Shown here in pieces: positions 1-7,964 of a stretch of DNA of 64,000 nucleotides. Numbering within the stretch: position 1 is the first letter of the stretch; each line of letters opens with the position of its first letter. The notes below the pieces were generated by a model that was not told the DNA's origin, did not search any database, and worked only from the letters and a program-made list of their open reading frames with translations. Origin of the DNA: Deltaproteobacteria bacterium (GTDB taxonomy: Bacteria; Desulfobacterota; Desulfobaccia; Desulfobaccales; 0-14-0-80-60-11); NCBI GenBank assembly GCA_021813445.1, contig JAKAKP010000012.1, positions 375-64,374 of the forward strand, in the 5' to 3' direction. A program made the position numbers and the translations under genes.

Positions 1-233
1 TCCAGGCCCTGGAACAGGGGGAAGTCAACCCCATGCTCACCGAAGAAGTGAAGGACGCCCTGGCCAAGGCCCAGGCCATTAAAGCCGGCAAAGACAGCCA
101 TTATCAGGCCATCGGCGGCCTCCGGGAGAAAATCCGCAGCGCCTGCGCGTGCAAGTCTCCGGCCCAAGCCGGGGAGCAGCCTCCGGAAGTAGGCTCCGCC
201 GGGGAGTCCCAGGAAGGTGGGGAGAGGAAATAG
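1..233 (+). CDS. 3' end of an unidentified CDS entering from upstream of the window
   Basis: The frame is open from the window edge to TAG 231-233. The 76 visible residues (QALEQGEVNPMLTEEVKDALAKAQ...) show no recognisable domain. Confidence 0.3.
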   Translation, partial: QALEQGEVNPMLTEEVKDALAKAQAIKAGKDSHYQAIGGLREKIRSACACKSPAQAGEQPPEVGSAGESQEGGERK

Positions 234-323
234 TGGTCAATAGGCAAGAGCCAGTTGTCAATCTTTCTTAAGGCTCACCAATCACTGACTAGAAGCCATT
301 TCAACATTTCAACTTGCCCTAAA

Positions 324-396
324 CTGTCATTCTGAGCGGAGCAAGAATCTCGTATTTTCGAGGCGTTGAGATCCTTCACTGCGTTCAGGATGACAG
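324..396 (+). repeat. Intergenic inverted-repeat element, family A copy 1 (CTGTCATTCTGAGCG ... CGTTCAGGATGACAG)
   Basis: Nearly identical to 27692-27763, and flanking similarity extends to about 110 bp. The termini form an inverted repeat. Confidence 0.85.
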
Positions 397-440
397 AAAA
401 AGAGGTCTTGAAATAGCTTCTGCTGATTCCTTTACTGCTT

Positions 441-932
441 TTAAGGTGTGCCGCATTCCGCAGGACTGCCCTGGAGTTTTTCCAAGGCGTGGGGCAGGGC
501 GGGGAGGACGGCCTCCAGGCTTTCCCTGGCGCCTTTGGGGCTGCCGGGGAGGTTGATGATCAGGGTGCAGCCCCGGGTCACGGCCACCGCCCGGGAAAGC
601 ATGGCGTAGGGGGTCTTTTGCAAGCCCGCGGCCCGCATGGCTTCCGGGATGCCGGGCACCAGGCGGTGGGCCACGGCCAGGGTGGCCTCCGGGGTGATGT
701 CCCTGGGGGTGAGGCCGGTGCCGCCGGTGGTGAGGATCAGATCCAGGTGGTCTTGATCGCTCCACTCCACCAATTTGGCGACGATGGCTTCGTGTTCATC
801 GGGGACCAGGCCGGTGGCCGCCACCTGATAGATTTGGGGGTCCAGGAGCCGGCCCAATTCCGGGCCCGCGGTGTCTTCCCGCTCGCCCGCGTGGCCTTTG
901 TCGCTGATAGTCAGAATGCCCACCCGATACAT
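441..932 (-). CDS. Molybdenum cofactor biosynthesis protein, MogA/MoaB family
   Basis: ORF 441..1079 trimmed to the ATG at 932 (MYRVGILTISDKG...). It carries the LILTTGGTGLTPRD and INLPGSPKG motifs of the MoCF biosynthesis domain. Confidence 0.85.
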   Translation of the reverse strand: MYRVGILTISDKGHAGEREDTAGPELGRLLDPQIYQVAATGLVPDEHEAIVAKLVEWSDQDHLDLILTTGGTGLTPRDITPEATLAVAHRLVPGIPEAMRAAGLQKTPYAMLSRAVAVTRGCTLIINLPGSPKGARESLEAVLPALPHALEKLQGSPAECGTP

Positions 933-961
933 TTTTCTTTCGCTGTCAACCGTATTTTTCA

Positions 962-1021
962 GTAAGGGCGAACCTTGTGCTCGCCCCGGGCGTCCTGGGC
1001 GAACACAAGGTTTGCCCCTAC
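962..1021. repeat. About 60-bp GC-rich palindromic element, family H copy 1 (GTARGGGCGAAYCTTGT ... ACAAGGTTYGCCCCTAC)
   Basis: A second copy lies at 48015-48073. The arms are reverse complements of each other. Confidence 0.8.
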
Positions 1022-1037
1022 ATTTTATTCCTGCTCC

Positions 1038-1116
1038 GAAAAGTTCAAAGTTCAAGGTTAAATGCCGGTAACTTTTCATAATTTACGGGTGAGCTAAGAG
1101 CTCATGAACGACTGTT
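1038..1116 (+). repeat. Repeat family B copy 1: (GTTCAAR)n followed by TGCCGGTAAnTTTTCATAATTTAYGGGTRAGC...AGCTCATGARCRACTGTT
   Basis: Matches 9910-10002 on the same strand and 7797-7844 on the opposite strand. Confidence 0.85.
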
Positions 1117-1128
1117 CTGAAAACCAAT

Positions 1129-1193
1129 GAGCGGTAGCACCGGCTTTCCAGCCTGGGCTGATTACCGGGCGGGCGAGACGCCCGCCCCTACGG
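1129..1193 (+). repeat. Repeat family C copy 1 (GCGGTAGCACnGGCTTTCCAGCC...GGGCGGGCGAGACGCCCGCCCCTAC)
   Basis: Inverted copies lie at 7849-7910 and 22117-22179. The element consists of two GC hairpins. Confidence 0.8.
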
Positions 1194-1289
1194 CTCTTTG
1201 TCTCTCATTCCCAGGCCCGAGCTTGGGAACCAGAAGACCGGGAGTGGCGCTTAACCTTGAACCTTGAACTTTGAACTGTTAAGAGCACA

Positions 1290-1754
1290 TCAGCCCAAAA
1301 TTTCGATCACATCCCCCGGCTTAACCACGCCTTCCTTGAGCACTCGGGCAAAGACCCCTTCCCGGGGCATGACGCAATCCCCCACCAGTTGCCGGATGGC
1401 GCAGCCCTGGTGGCAGGTCTTGCCGATCTGGGTGATTTCCAGTTCCACTTCCGAGCCCACCTTAAGCCTGGTGCCCACGGGCAAGGCACAGACCTCCAGA
1501 CCCAGGGTGGTGAGGTTTTCCGCGAAATCTCCGGGATTGACGTTAGCTCCCGCGGCCCGCATCTTGTCGATGCTTTCCCGGGCGAGCAAGCTCACCTGGC
1601 GGTGGCCCCCTTCCGCATGGGCGTCGCCCTCCAGGCCGTGCTCCTTCAGGAGCCGGGCCTGATCCACGTTGTGCTTGACTACGCCCTTGCGGTCGCTGAC
1701 GGAGACGGCGACGATGCGGGCTTGATGACTGAGTTTGGAATTTTTCTGAGTCAT
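1290..1754 (-). CDS. MOSC domain-containing protein
   Basis: This is the C-terminal 154 aa of ORF 1290..2120, starting at ATG 1754 (MTQKNSKLSHQARIVAVSVSDRKG...). The layout is MOSC-like (GDFAENLTT.G, VGTRLKVGS.VELEITQIGKTCH). Confidence 0.75.
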   Translation of the reverse strand: MTQKNSKLSHQARIVAVSVSDRKGVVKHNVDQARLLKEHGLEGDAHAEGGHRQVSLLARESIDKMRAAGANVNPGDFAENLTTLGLEVCALPVGTRLKVGSEVELEITQIGKTCHQGCAIRQLVGDCVMPREGVFARVLKEGVVKPGDVIEILG

Positions 1755-1759
1755 ATTAA

Positions 1760-2120
1760 TCACATTAGATTTTCTCTGATAACCCTCTTGCCGCCAAAAA
1801 CATGAATCGTCCTGGTCCCCGCGGTGACCTCGCCGGCATGAGTCGCGTCCTTGGGAATTAAGATATTCTTGCCCGGCGGTGAGAAGAATTTTCTGGCGGC
1901 CCATGATCAAGGTATATGTACCCTGCACCACCAGCATATATTCATCATACTCATGAGTATGCGGTTCCGAAAGCCTATTCTTCAAGCATTTCCAGAAAGC
2001 AACTTGACTGCCGTCCGCACCGTCGAAGACATATCCCTCAATATCCTCTGTATATTGGGATTTCCCGGCGATTCTATTAAGCGGATTTTTCATAAAGTCC
2101 GGAAAATCATCCATACCCAC
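1760..2120 (-). pseudogene. Cupin-domain protein with an apparent single-base (+1) frameshift
   Basis: The N-terminal part reads PHTHEYDEYMLVVQGTYTL...LTAGQEYL. After a 1-nt shift near 1856-1858 the frame reads IPKDATHAGEVTAGTRTIHVFGGKRVIRENLM and stops at 1760-1762. The length of 361 nt equals 3n+1. Confidence 0.6.
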
Positions 2121-2158
2121 CCCTCATACTATCTTCTTATAGCACAGGCGAGACGCCT

Positions 2159-2272
2159 GTGCCACCAGGTGGTGGGATGAGTCGTTTGATTGCAACTTGG
2201 AAGAGTTGTTTGGTATCAATCTCTTTAAAACTGGTGCCACCAGGTGGTGGGATGAGTCGTTTGATTGCAACT
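2159..2272 (+). CRISPR. CRISPR-like mini-array: two identical 39-nt direct repeats around one 36-nt spacer
   Basis: The repeat GTGCCACCAGGTGGTGGGATGAGTCGTTTGATTGCAACT occurs at 2159-2197 and 2234-2272. It has an internal stem (CCACCA/TGGTGG) and an ATTGCAAC 3' end close to the common ATTGAAAC handle. The spacer is AT-rich. No cas genes are in the window. Confidence 0.35.
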
Positions 2273-2308
2273 CGGTATTACTCCGTCTGATGCAAAGATT
2301 CCAAAGCT

Positions 2309-2354
2309 TAAAAAAATTCCCCTGGTTTCCAGAAGAGCCCGAAAACCAGGGGAA
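2309..2354 (-). terminator. Rho-independent terminator downstream of the EF-G paralogue
   Basis: A 12-bp stem (2317-2328 pairs with 2343-2354) is followed on the minus strand by a T7 run (the A-run at 2310-2316 on the plus strand). Confidence 0.7.
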
Positions 2355-2442
2355 AATTATACTACTAGCAAGTGTCGAAGTGGCGGGTTAGCGGGAAGCA
2401 GGTCGGCAGGTTGGCAAAAAGAAAGTCTATTGATGAATCGCC

Positions 2443-2527
2443 AAACCGCTAAACCGCTAAACCGCCAGACTGCTGAACAGACTCAGGCGGCTGGCCTTGA
2501 TCACTGGCCCCTGATCCCTGATCCCTG
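2443..2527. repeat. Short tandem repeats: (AAACCGCT)x3 at 2443-2466 and (CTGATCC)x2 plus a degenerate unit at 2498-2527
   Basis: Read directly from the sequence. They lie immediately 3' of the EF-G stop codon. Confidence 0.75.
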
Positions 2528-2529
2528 CT

Positions 2530-4608
2530 TTATTCCTTCTCCTTGGCCGCCTTGGCGTCGTTGATGATTTTCTCCGCCAGGTGCGGGGGCGTTTCTTCGT
2601 AGTGGTCGAACTCCATCTCGTAGGTGCCCCGGCCCCCGGTCTTGGAGATGAGGTCCGGCGCGTACATCAGCACTTCCGACATGGGCACGTGCGCGGTGAT
2701 CACCTGGTTCTTGCCCTCGGCTTCCATGCCCAGGACCCGGCCCCGGCGGCCGTTCAGGTCGCCGATGATGTCCCCCATGTTGGCTTCGGGCACGGTGATG
2801 CTCATCTTCATGATGGGTTCCAGCAGGGTGGGGTTGGCCTGGAGCACGCCCTTCTTGAAGCCCATGGAGCCTGCAATTTTGAAGGCCATATCCGAGGAAT
2901 CCACTTCATGGAAGGAGCCGTCATAGAGGGTGACCCGGAAATCCACGGTGGGGAAGCCCGCCAGGGCGCCTTCCTCCTTGGCTTCGGCGATGCCCTTTTC
3001 CACAGAGGGGATAAAATTCCGGGGAATGGCGCCGCCCACAATCTTGTCCACGAACTCGAAACCCGAGCCCCGGGGCAGGGGCTCCAGCTCCAGCCAGGTG
3101 TCGCCGAATTGGCCCCGGCCGCCGGACTGGCGCTTGTATTTGCCCTGGACCTTGGTGGTGCCCTTGATGGTCTCCCGGTAGGGGACCTTGGGGGGTTTCA
3201 GCACCGCTTCCGCCCCGAATTTGCGTTTCAATTTTTCCAGGGTGGCTTCGATATGCACCGAGCCCACGCCGGATAGAAGGATTTCCTTGGTATCCGTATT
3301 CCGGGAGAGGTGGAGGGAAGGGTCTTCTTCTATAAGCTTGGTAATGGAGGCAACGACCTTGTCTTCCTCACCCCGGACTTTGGATTCCACGGCCAGGGTG
3401 ACCATGGGTTTGGAGGCCATGAGGGGTGGCAGGACAATGGGCTTGGCTTCCGTGGCCAAAGTGTCGCCGGTGACCGTCTCCTTCAGTTTGGCCACGGCCG
3501 CGAAGGCCCCGGGGCCGGCGGAGGCGACGGCTTTCTGGCCTTTACCTTCCGGTAGAAATAATTGCCCGTATCTTTCGGCCACAGACCGGGTGACATTATA
3601 AAACTGGGAATCGGAGGCCACGGTGCCGGAATAAATGCGGAAGATGGAAAGCCGGCCGGCGTAGGGGTCGGCTACGGTCTTAAAGACCTGGGCCGCCAGG
3701 GGCCCGTCCGGGTCCATTTCCAAAAGTACTTCTTCGCCGGAGCCGGGTTTTTGTCCCTTCACCGGTCCCCGGTCTTCCGGCGCGGGGAGGAAATTATTGA
3801 TGGCGTCCAGCAGGAGCACCGGCCCCAGGTTGCTCAGGGTGGCGCCGCAGAGCACCGGCACAAAGGCGCCTTTGAGGGTGCCGATCCGCAGACCCCGGTA
3901 GATTTCCTCCGTGGTGAGTTCCCCTTCTTCCAGGAATTTCTCGATGAGGGCGTCGTCGCTTTCCGCCGCGAAGTTGAGGAGGTCGCTGCGGTACTGCTCC
4001 ACTTCATCCTTCAGGTCGTCGGGGATGGGGCCGGCTTCCATCTTGCCGCCCGCGGCCACCATGGCCTTCATGGCCACCAGATCCACCACGCCCTTGAAAC
4101 CGGCCTCTTTGCCGATGGGGATCTGCAAGGGCACCACCGGGGCTTCCAGGATGTCCTTGGCTTCTTTGAGCACCGGCTCAAAATCGGCGCGTTCCCGATC
4201 CATCTTGTTGATAAAGATCAGGCGGGGAAGAGCGTAATGATTGGCGGTCTGCCAGACCTTTTCCGTGCCCACCTTGACGCCGTCCACCGCGTCGATGACC
4301 ACCACCGCGGCGTCGGCCACGTGCAGGGCGGCCCGGGTGTCGGCCAGGAAGTTGTCGTCACCGGGGGTGTCGGCCAGGTAGACCGTGTGCTTTTTCCACT
4401 GATAATGATGAAAAGCCGTGGAAATCGTAATCTTGCGTTTGATTTCCTCCGGCTCGTAATCCAGGATGGAACTGCCGTCATCCACCTTCCCCAGCCGGGA
4501 GGTGGCCCCCGCCCCAAAGAGGAGGGCCTCGGCCAAGGAGGTCTTGCCGCAGCCGCCGTGCCCGATCAGGGCCAGATTGCGGATCTGTGCCGTTTTACCA
4601 GACATCAA
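2530..4608 (-). CDS. Elongation factor G paralogue (EF-G2-like translational GTPase)
   Basis: 692-aa ORF with G1 motif GHGGCGKTS, DTPGD and NKMD, and EF-G domains II-V recognisable through to the C-terminus. Confidence 0.9.
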   Translation of the reverse strand: MMSGKTAQIRNLALIGHGGCGKTSLAEALLFGAGATSRLGKVDDGSSILDYEPEEIKRKITISTAFHHYQWKKHTVYLADTPGDDNFLADTRAALHVADAAVVVIDAVDGVKVGTEKVWQTANHYALPRLIFINKMDRERADFEPVLKEAKDILEAPVVPLQIPIGKEAGFKGVVDLVAMKAMVAAGGKMEAGPIPDDLKDEVEQYRSDLLNFAAESDDALIEKFLEEGELTTEEIYRGLRIGTLKGAFVPVLCGATLSNLGPVLLLDAINNFLPAPEDRGPVKGQKPGSGEEVLLEMDPDGPLAAQVFKTVADPYAGRLSIFRIYSGTVASDSQFYNVTRSVAERYGQLFLPEGKGQKAVASAGPGAFAAVAKLKETVTGDTLATEAKPIVLPPLMASKPMVTLAVESKVRGEEDKVVASITKLIEEDPSLHLSRNTDTKEILLSGVGSVHIEATLEKLKRKFGAEAVLKPPKVPYRETIKGTTKVQGKYKRQSGGRGQFGDTWLELEPLPRGSGFEFVDKIVGGAIPRNFIPSVEKGIAEAKEEGALAGFPTVDFRVTLYDGSFHEVDSSDMAFKIAGSMGFKKGVLQANPTLLEPIMKMSITVPEANMGDIIGDLNGRRGRVLGMEAEGKNQVITAHVPMSEVLMYAPDLISKTGGRGTYEMEFDHYEETPPHLAEKIINDAKAAKEKE

Positions 4609-4778
4609 GTTCTCCCTTCCCTCAAGGTAGCCCGCCCGGCCGGGATGTTAAGGCCGGGTGTAAAGCACCCTTCTTACTATCAGTTTTTCCCGGAATTCAC
4701 AACCGGTTTTTCCTGCATCAGGCAATCAGGGGGGCAGAAATCCCGCAGGGAATCCGCATACGCTATTTATCTATAGCC

Positions 4779-4863
4779 CACGCAAAGACGCCAAGGCGCA
4801 AGGGCGCAGGAATAAAGAATAATAATAATTCGTTGCGTCTTAGCGCCATTGCGACTTTGCGTG
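4779..4863. repeat. Long imperfect hairpin element (arms CACGCAAAGACGCCAAGGCGCAAGGGCGCAGG / CGTTGCGTCTTAGCGCCATTGCGACTTTGCGTG, AT-rich loop)
   Basis: The arms at 4779-4810 and 4831-4863 are imperfect reverse complements. The design matches the elements at 5957-6076 and 15968-16064. Confidence 0.7.
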
Positions 4864-4899
4864 AGATAGGCATGGCGGCAGAGTTGAATGGAACTGCCT

Positions 4900-5868
4900 T
4901 TAATGCGTCCGGCTCAACAGTTCTTCCGTGAAGGCCCGGAAGTACTCTTTCTCGGGCACCGGGGGAAAGGCCTTCAGGTTGGCCTGGGCCTTCAGGGTGT
5001 ATTCCCGGGCCAGTTTGCGGGCATGTTCCAGGGCCCCGTACTTATCCAGGAGATTCCTCAGTTCCGGGACCATTCCCGGCGTCAGGTTCCGGGCCATCTC
5101 CTGCAACCTTTCCCGGTCCGGGGGGCTGGCCTGCTTCAGGGCGTGGATCAGCGGCAGGGTGATGCGGCCTTCCTTCAAGTCGTTGCCGATGGGTTTGCCC
5201 ATTTCTCGCTCATTACCGGTGAAATCCAGAATATCATCCACCACCTGGAAGGTGATCCCCAGGTTCAACCCGAATTGGGTCAGGGCCTCTTCCTGTTCCG
5301 GGGGTACTTCTCCCAAAATAGCCCCGATCTGACAGGCCGCGGACATGAGGATCGCGGTCTTGCGGTTGACCACCTCCAGGTATTCCTGTTCATTGATCTT
5401 CAGGTTGCTGGTATGCAGCAGTTGCAGGATCTCCCCTTCGGCCATCATGGTGGTGGCCTGGGCCAAAACCTTGAGCACCCGCAGTTGATTGGTGGTCACG
5501 GCCAGGGAGAGGGCTTTGGACAGCAGGAAATCCCCCACCAGGATCACGGCCTGGTTGCCCCAGATGGTGTTGGCGGTGGACTGCCCCCGGCGCACGTCCG
5601 CGGCGTCCACCACATCATCGTGCAAGAGGGTGGCGGCGTGGAGGTATTCAAAGATAGTGGAGAAATCCGCCAGATACGCGCCCTGGCAACCACACATCCG
5701 GGCCGACAACAGAAAGAGCAGGGGCCGGATGCGCTTACCGCCGCTGAGGAGGATGTGTTTCCCCACCTGGGAGATTAAAGGAACATGGGATTGGAGATTG
5801 TCCACCAACGCCTGGTTGATGGCCGCGACCTCCCCCTCCAGTTCCTTGAGAATGCTTTTTGCGCTCAT
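4900..5868 (-). CDS. Polyprenyl diphosphate synthase (IspB/heptaprenyl-octaprenyl type)
   Basis: 322 aa with the aspartate-rich motifs LLHDDVVD and VVDDILDF. Confidence 0.9.
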   Translation of the reverse strand: MSAKSILKELEGEVAAINQALVDNLQSHVPLISQVGKHILLSGGKRIRPLLFLLSARMCGCQGAYLADFSTIFEYLHAATLLHDDVVDAADVRRGQSTANTIWGNQAVILVGDFLLSKALSLAVTTNQLRVLKVLAQATTMMAEGEILQLLHTSNLKINEQEYLEVVNRKTAILMSAACQIGAILGEVPPEQEEALTQFGLNLGITFQVVDDILDFTGNEREMGKPIGNDLKEGRITLPLIHALKQASPPDRERLQEMARNLTPGMVPELRNLLDKYGALEHARKLAREYTLKAQANLKAFPPVPEKEYFRAFTEELLSRTH

Positions 5869-5956
5869 AGATCTTTTATTGTGAATAAAATAACTTACTC
5901 CCTAGATTATGTCAAACTTTTCGCTGCAGGTCGATAGGGGAGAGAGAAAAGATTTA

Positions 5957-6076
5957 CCACCAAGACACAAAGGACCCAAAGAAACACCAAGGAGAAATTT
6001 TTCTTTTGGCGCAGAGCGCCAAAAGAAAAAATCATTTCTTTGTAGTTCTTGGTGATCTTTGTGTCTTTGTGGTTAA
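5957..6076. repeat. Long hairpin element (arms ACCACCAAGACACAAAGGACCCAAAGAAACACCAAGG / CTTTGTAGTTCTTGGTGATCTTTGTGTCTTTGTGGT) with an inner GGCGC-aga-GCGCC hairpin
   Basis: Inverted arms lie at 5957-5995 and 6038-6074. The right arm overlaps the last ~15 codons of rimO. Confidence 0.7.
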
Positions 6077-7354
6077 TTCTTTTTTTGCCCTGCCATCAAC
6101 CACTTCTCCCACCAGATCATAGGGCAGGGCCCGCGTGATGAGCACCGGCTGGATTTCCCCAATGCGGACGTCGCCCGCGGTGATAAAAACCTGGCCGTCG
6201 ATCTCCGGGGCCTGGGTAATGAGACGGCCGGCAAGAAGGTGTTCGCTTTCGGCGCTCACTCCTTCTACCAGCACCGGCTGGATGGTGCCCTTCAGGGATT
6301 TTTGTCTGGCTTTGACGATTTGGGCCTGTAAGGTTTTAATTATCCTGGCCCGCTGCCGGGCCAGCCGCCGGGGCACCGGGGGGGTAAGCCTGGCCGCGGG
6401 CGCGCCTTCTTCCGGGGAATAGATAAAGACCCCCAGGTGTTCGAAGCGCACTTCTGCAATCAGTTCGCAAAGAGCGGCAAGGTGCTCTTCCGTTTCCCCG
6501 GGAAAGCCCACCATCACCGTAGTGCGCAGGGCCGCGCGGGGGAGGAATTCCCGGATCAGGCGGCAGGTGGCCAAGATTTGCCGGCGGGAGTAACCCCGGC
6601 CCATGCGCCGGAGCATCTCGTCGTGGCCGTGCTGGATGGGCAGATCGAGGTAGGGGCAGATTTGGGGCTGGCCGGCCATGGTTTCCAACAATTCCCGCGT
6701 AATCCGGGCCGGATGGGCGTAAAGCAGGCGAATCCACTCCAAACTTTGGATGCCGCCAAGCTCCCGGAGCAGCTCCGGCAAACCCGGGTAGGCGGTGGTG
6801 TCCTGGGCCACCAGGTTCAATTCCTTAACCCCGGAGACAACCAGGGCCTGGGCTTCGGCCAGCAGGGTCGCCAGGGGGCGGGGGCGCAGGGGCCCCCGGA
6901 TGCCGGGGATGGTGCAGTAAGTACAGCGGTGGCTGCAGCCCTCGGCGATTTTCAGATACGCGAAACTCCGTGGCGTGGCCGGATAACGGGGCTGGGGCGC
7001 GGCGTAGTCAAAGGGCGGCGCCGCGCAAAAAAGGCGGGCTTCGTCCGCCGCCGCGGCCTGCAAAATCTGGGGCAGCCGGGGAAAGTCGTTAACGCCGACG
7101 AATAGATCCACTTCCGGCATTTGTGCGGCCAGGTCCGGGCCGTAGCGCTGCACCAGGCAGCCGGTGACCACCAGGCGCTTGCCAGGATCGGCCTCCTTAT
7201 ACCGGGCCAGTTCCAGGATGGTGTCCACCGCCTCCTGGGCCGCGGCCTGGATAAAGCCGCAGGTATTCACCAGCAGCAGGTTGGCGGCCTCGGGCGCGGC
7301 CGCCACCTCCCAGCCCTCCTGGCGCAGCAGGCCCAACAGGATTTCCGTGTCCAC
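6032..7354 (-). CDS. rimO: Ribosomal protein S12 methylthiotransferase RimO (true start probably upstream of 7354)
   Basis: Carries a radical-SAM CSHRCTYC motif, NTCGFI and VTGC cysteines, and a TRAM-like C-terminus. The conserved N-terminus IYPISLGCPKNLV continues in frame upstream of the first ATG. Confidence 0.85.
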   Translation of the reverse strand: MDTEILLGLLRQEGWEVAAAPEAANLLLVNTCGFIQAAAQEAVDTILELARYKEADPGKRLVVTGCLVQRYGPDLAAQMPEVDLFVGVNDFPRLPQILQAAAADEARLFCAAPPFDYAAPQPRYPATPRSFAYLKIAEGCSHRCTYCTIPGIRGPLRPRPLATLLAEAQALVVSGVKELNLVAQDTTAYPGLPELLRELGGIQSLEWIRLLYAHPARITRELLETMAGQPQICPYLDLPIQHGHDEMLRRMGRGYSRRQILATCRLIREFLPRAALRTTVMVGFPGETEEHLAALCELIAEVRFEHLGVFIYSPEEGAPAARLTPPVPRRLARQRARIIKTLQAQIVKARQKSLKGTIQPVLVEGVSAESEHLLAGRLITQAPEIDGQVFITAGDVRIGEIQPVLITRALPYDLVGEVVDGRAKKELTTKTQRSPRTTKK

Positions 7355-7391
7355 CAGGTTTTTGGGGCAGCCCAGGGAGATGGGGTAGATG

Positions 7392-7426
<35 letters not shown>

Positions 7427-7796
7427 CAGAATCTTAACTCACATTGTCAATATCGTATTTCAAGAAGCAATCAATCTTTCTCCCTCCCCCTTTGAGGGGG
7501 GAGGGTTGGGGTGGGGGTGGCGAAATGCAGGATAGAATAAGTTATCACACCCATTATATAAGGTGCAAATCTGCCCTTCCCAAACAGGACGGGCTTGGAA
7601 CGAGCCATTTATGTTCCAAAGGAACGCCCAGAACCATGAAAAAGATTGGTGGGGCGGGCCTCCGTGCCCGCCTTTAGAGGTTGGCGGGCGGGGACGCCCG
7701 CCCCACTGCATGGAGGCCCGCCCCACCATCATCTGGTTCCCAAGGGAGTTTCTTCTCATATTTCCGGCGCGTGAGGCGCATTACGAAGGATACTTT

Positions 7797-7844
7797 CAGA
7801 GCAGTTGCTCATGAGTCATCGGCCCACCCGTAAATTATGAAAAG
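7797..7844 (-). repeat. Repeat family B copy 3 (inverted, core only)
   Basis: The reverse complement matches TTTTCATAATTTACGGGTG...CTCATGAGCAACTG of copies 1 and 2. Confidence 0.75.
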
Positions 7845-7848
7845 AATC

Positions 7849-7910
7849 GTAGGTGCGGGCGTCTCGCCCGCCCCGGTAATCCGCACAGGCTGGAAAGCCT
7901 GTGCTACCGC
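7849..7910 (-). repeat. Repeat family C copy 2 (inverted)
   Basis: GTAGGTGCGGGCGTCTCGCCCGCCCCGGTAATCCGCACAGGCTGGAAAGCCTGTGCTACCGC is the reverse complement of the 1129-1193 type. Confidence 0.8.
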
Positions 7911-7964
7911 TTAGGAACTTTTAGGAACAGTATTACTAAATGGCGGGCGGTGCCCGCCCCACAT

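Noticed and set aside
1290-2120. A single 276-aa cupin-MOSC fusion protein
   Set aside because: The ~35 residues joining the two halves are junk. A 1-nt shift restores a normal cupin end and stop, and the MOSC part has its own ATG.
5997-6023. The hairpin TTCTTTTGGCGC-aga-GCGCCAAAAGAA as a terminator between rimO and the polyprenyl synthase gene
   Set aside because: On both strands the T-run precedes the stem and an A-run follows it, so neither orientation gives a hairpin-plus-U-tract terminator.
7444-7814. Small ORFs at 7444-7677, 7460-7759 and 7563-7814, and likewise 8527-8922, 8538-8762, 21967-22228 and 23272-23523
   Set aside because: They are translations of intergenic repeat families (PPLRGEGWGGGG, PPFLKGDLGG, VPKLGLGT-type peptides) and recur wherever the repeats recur.
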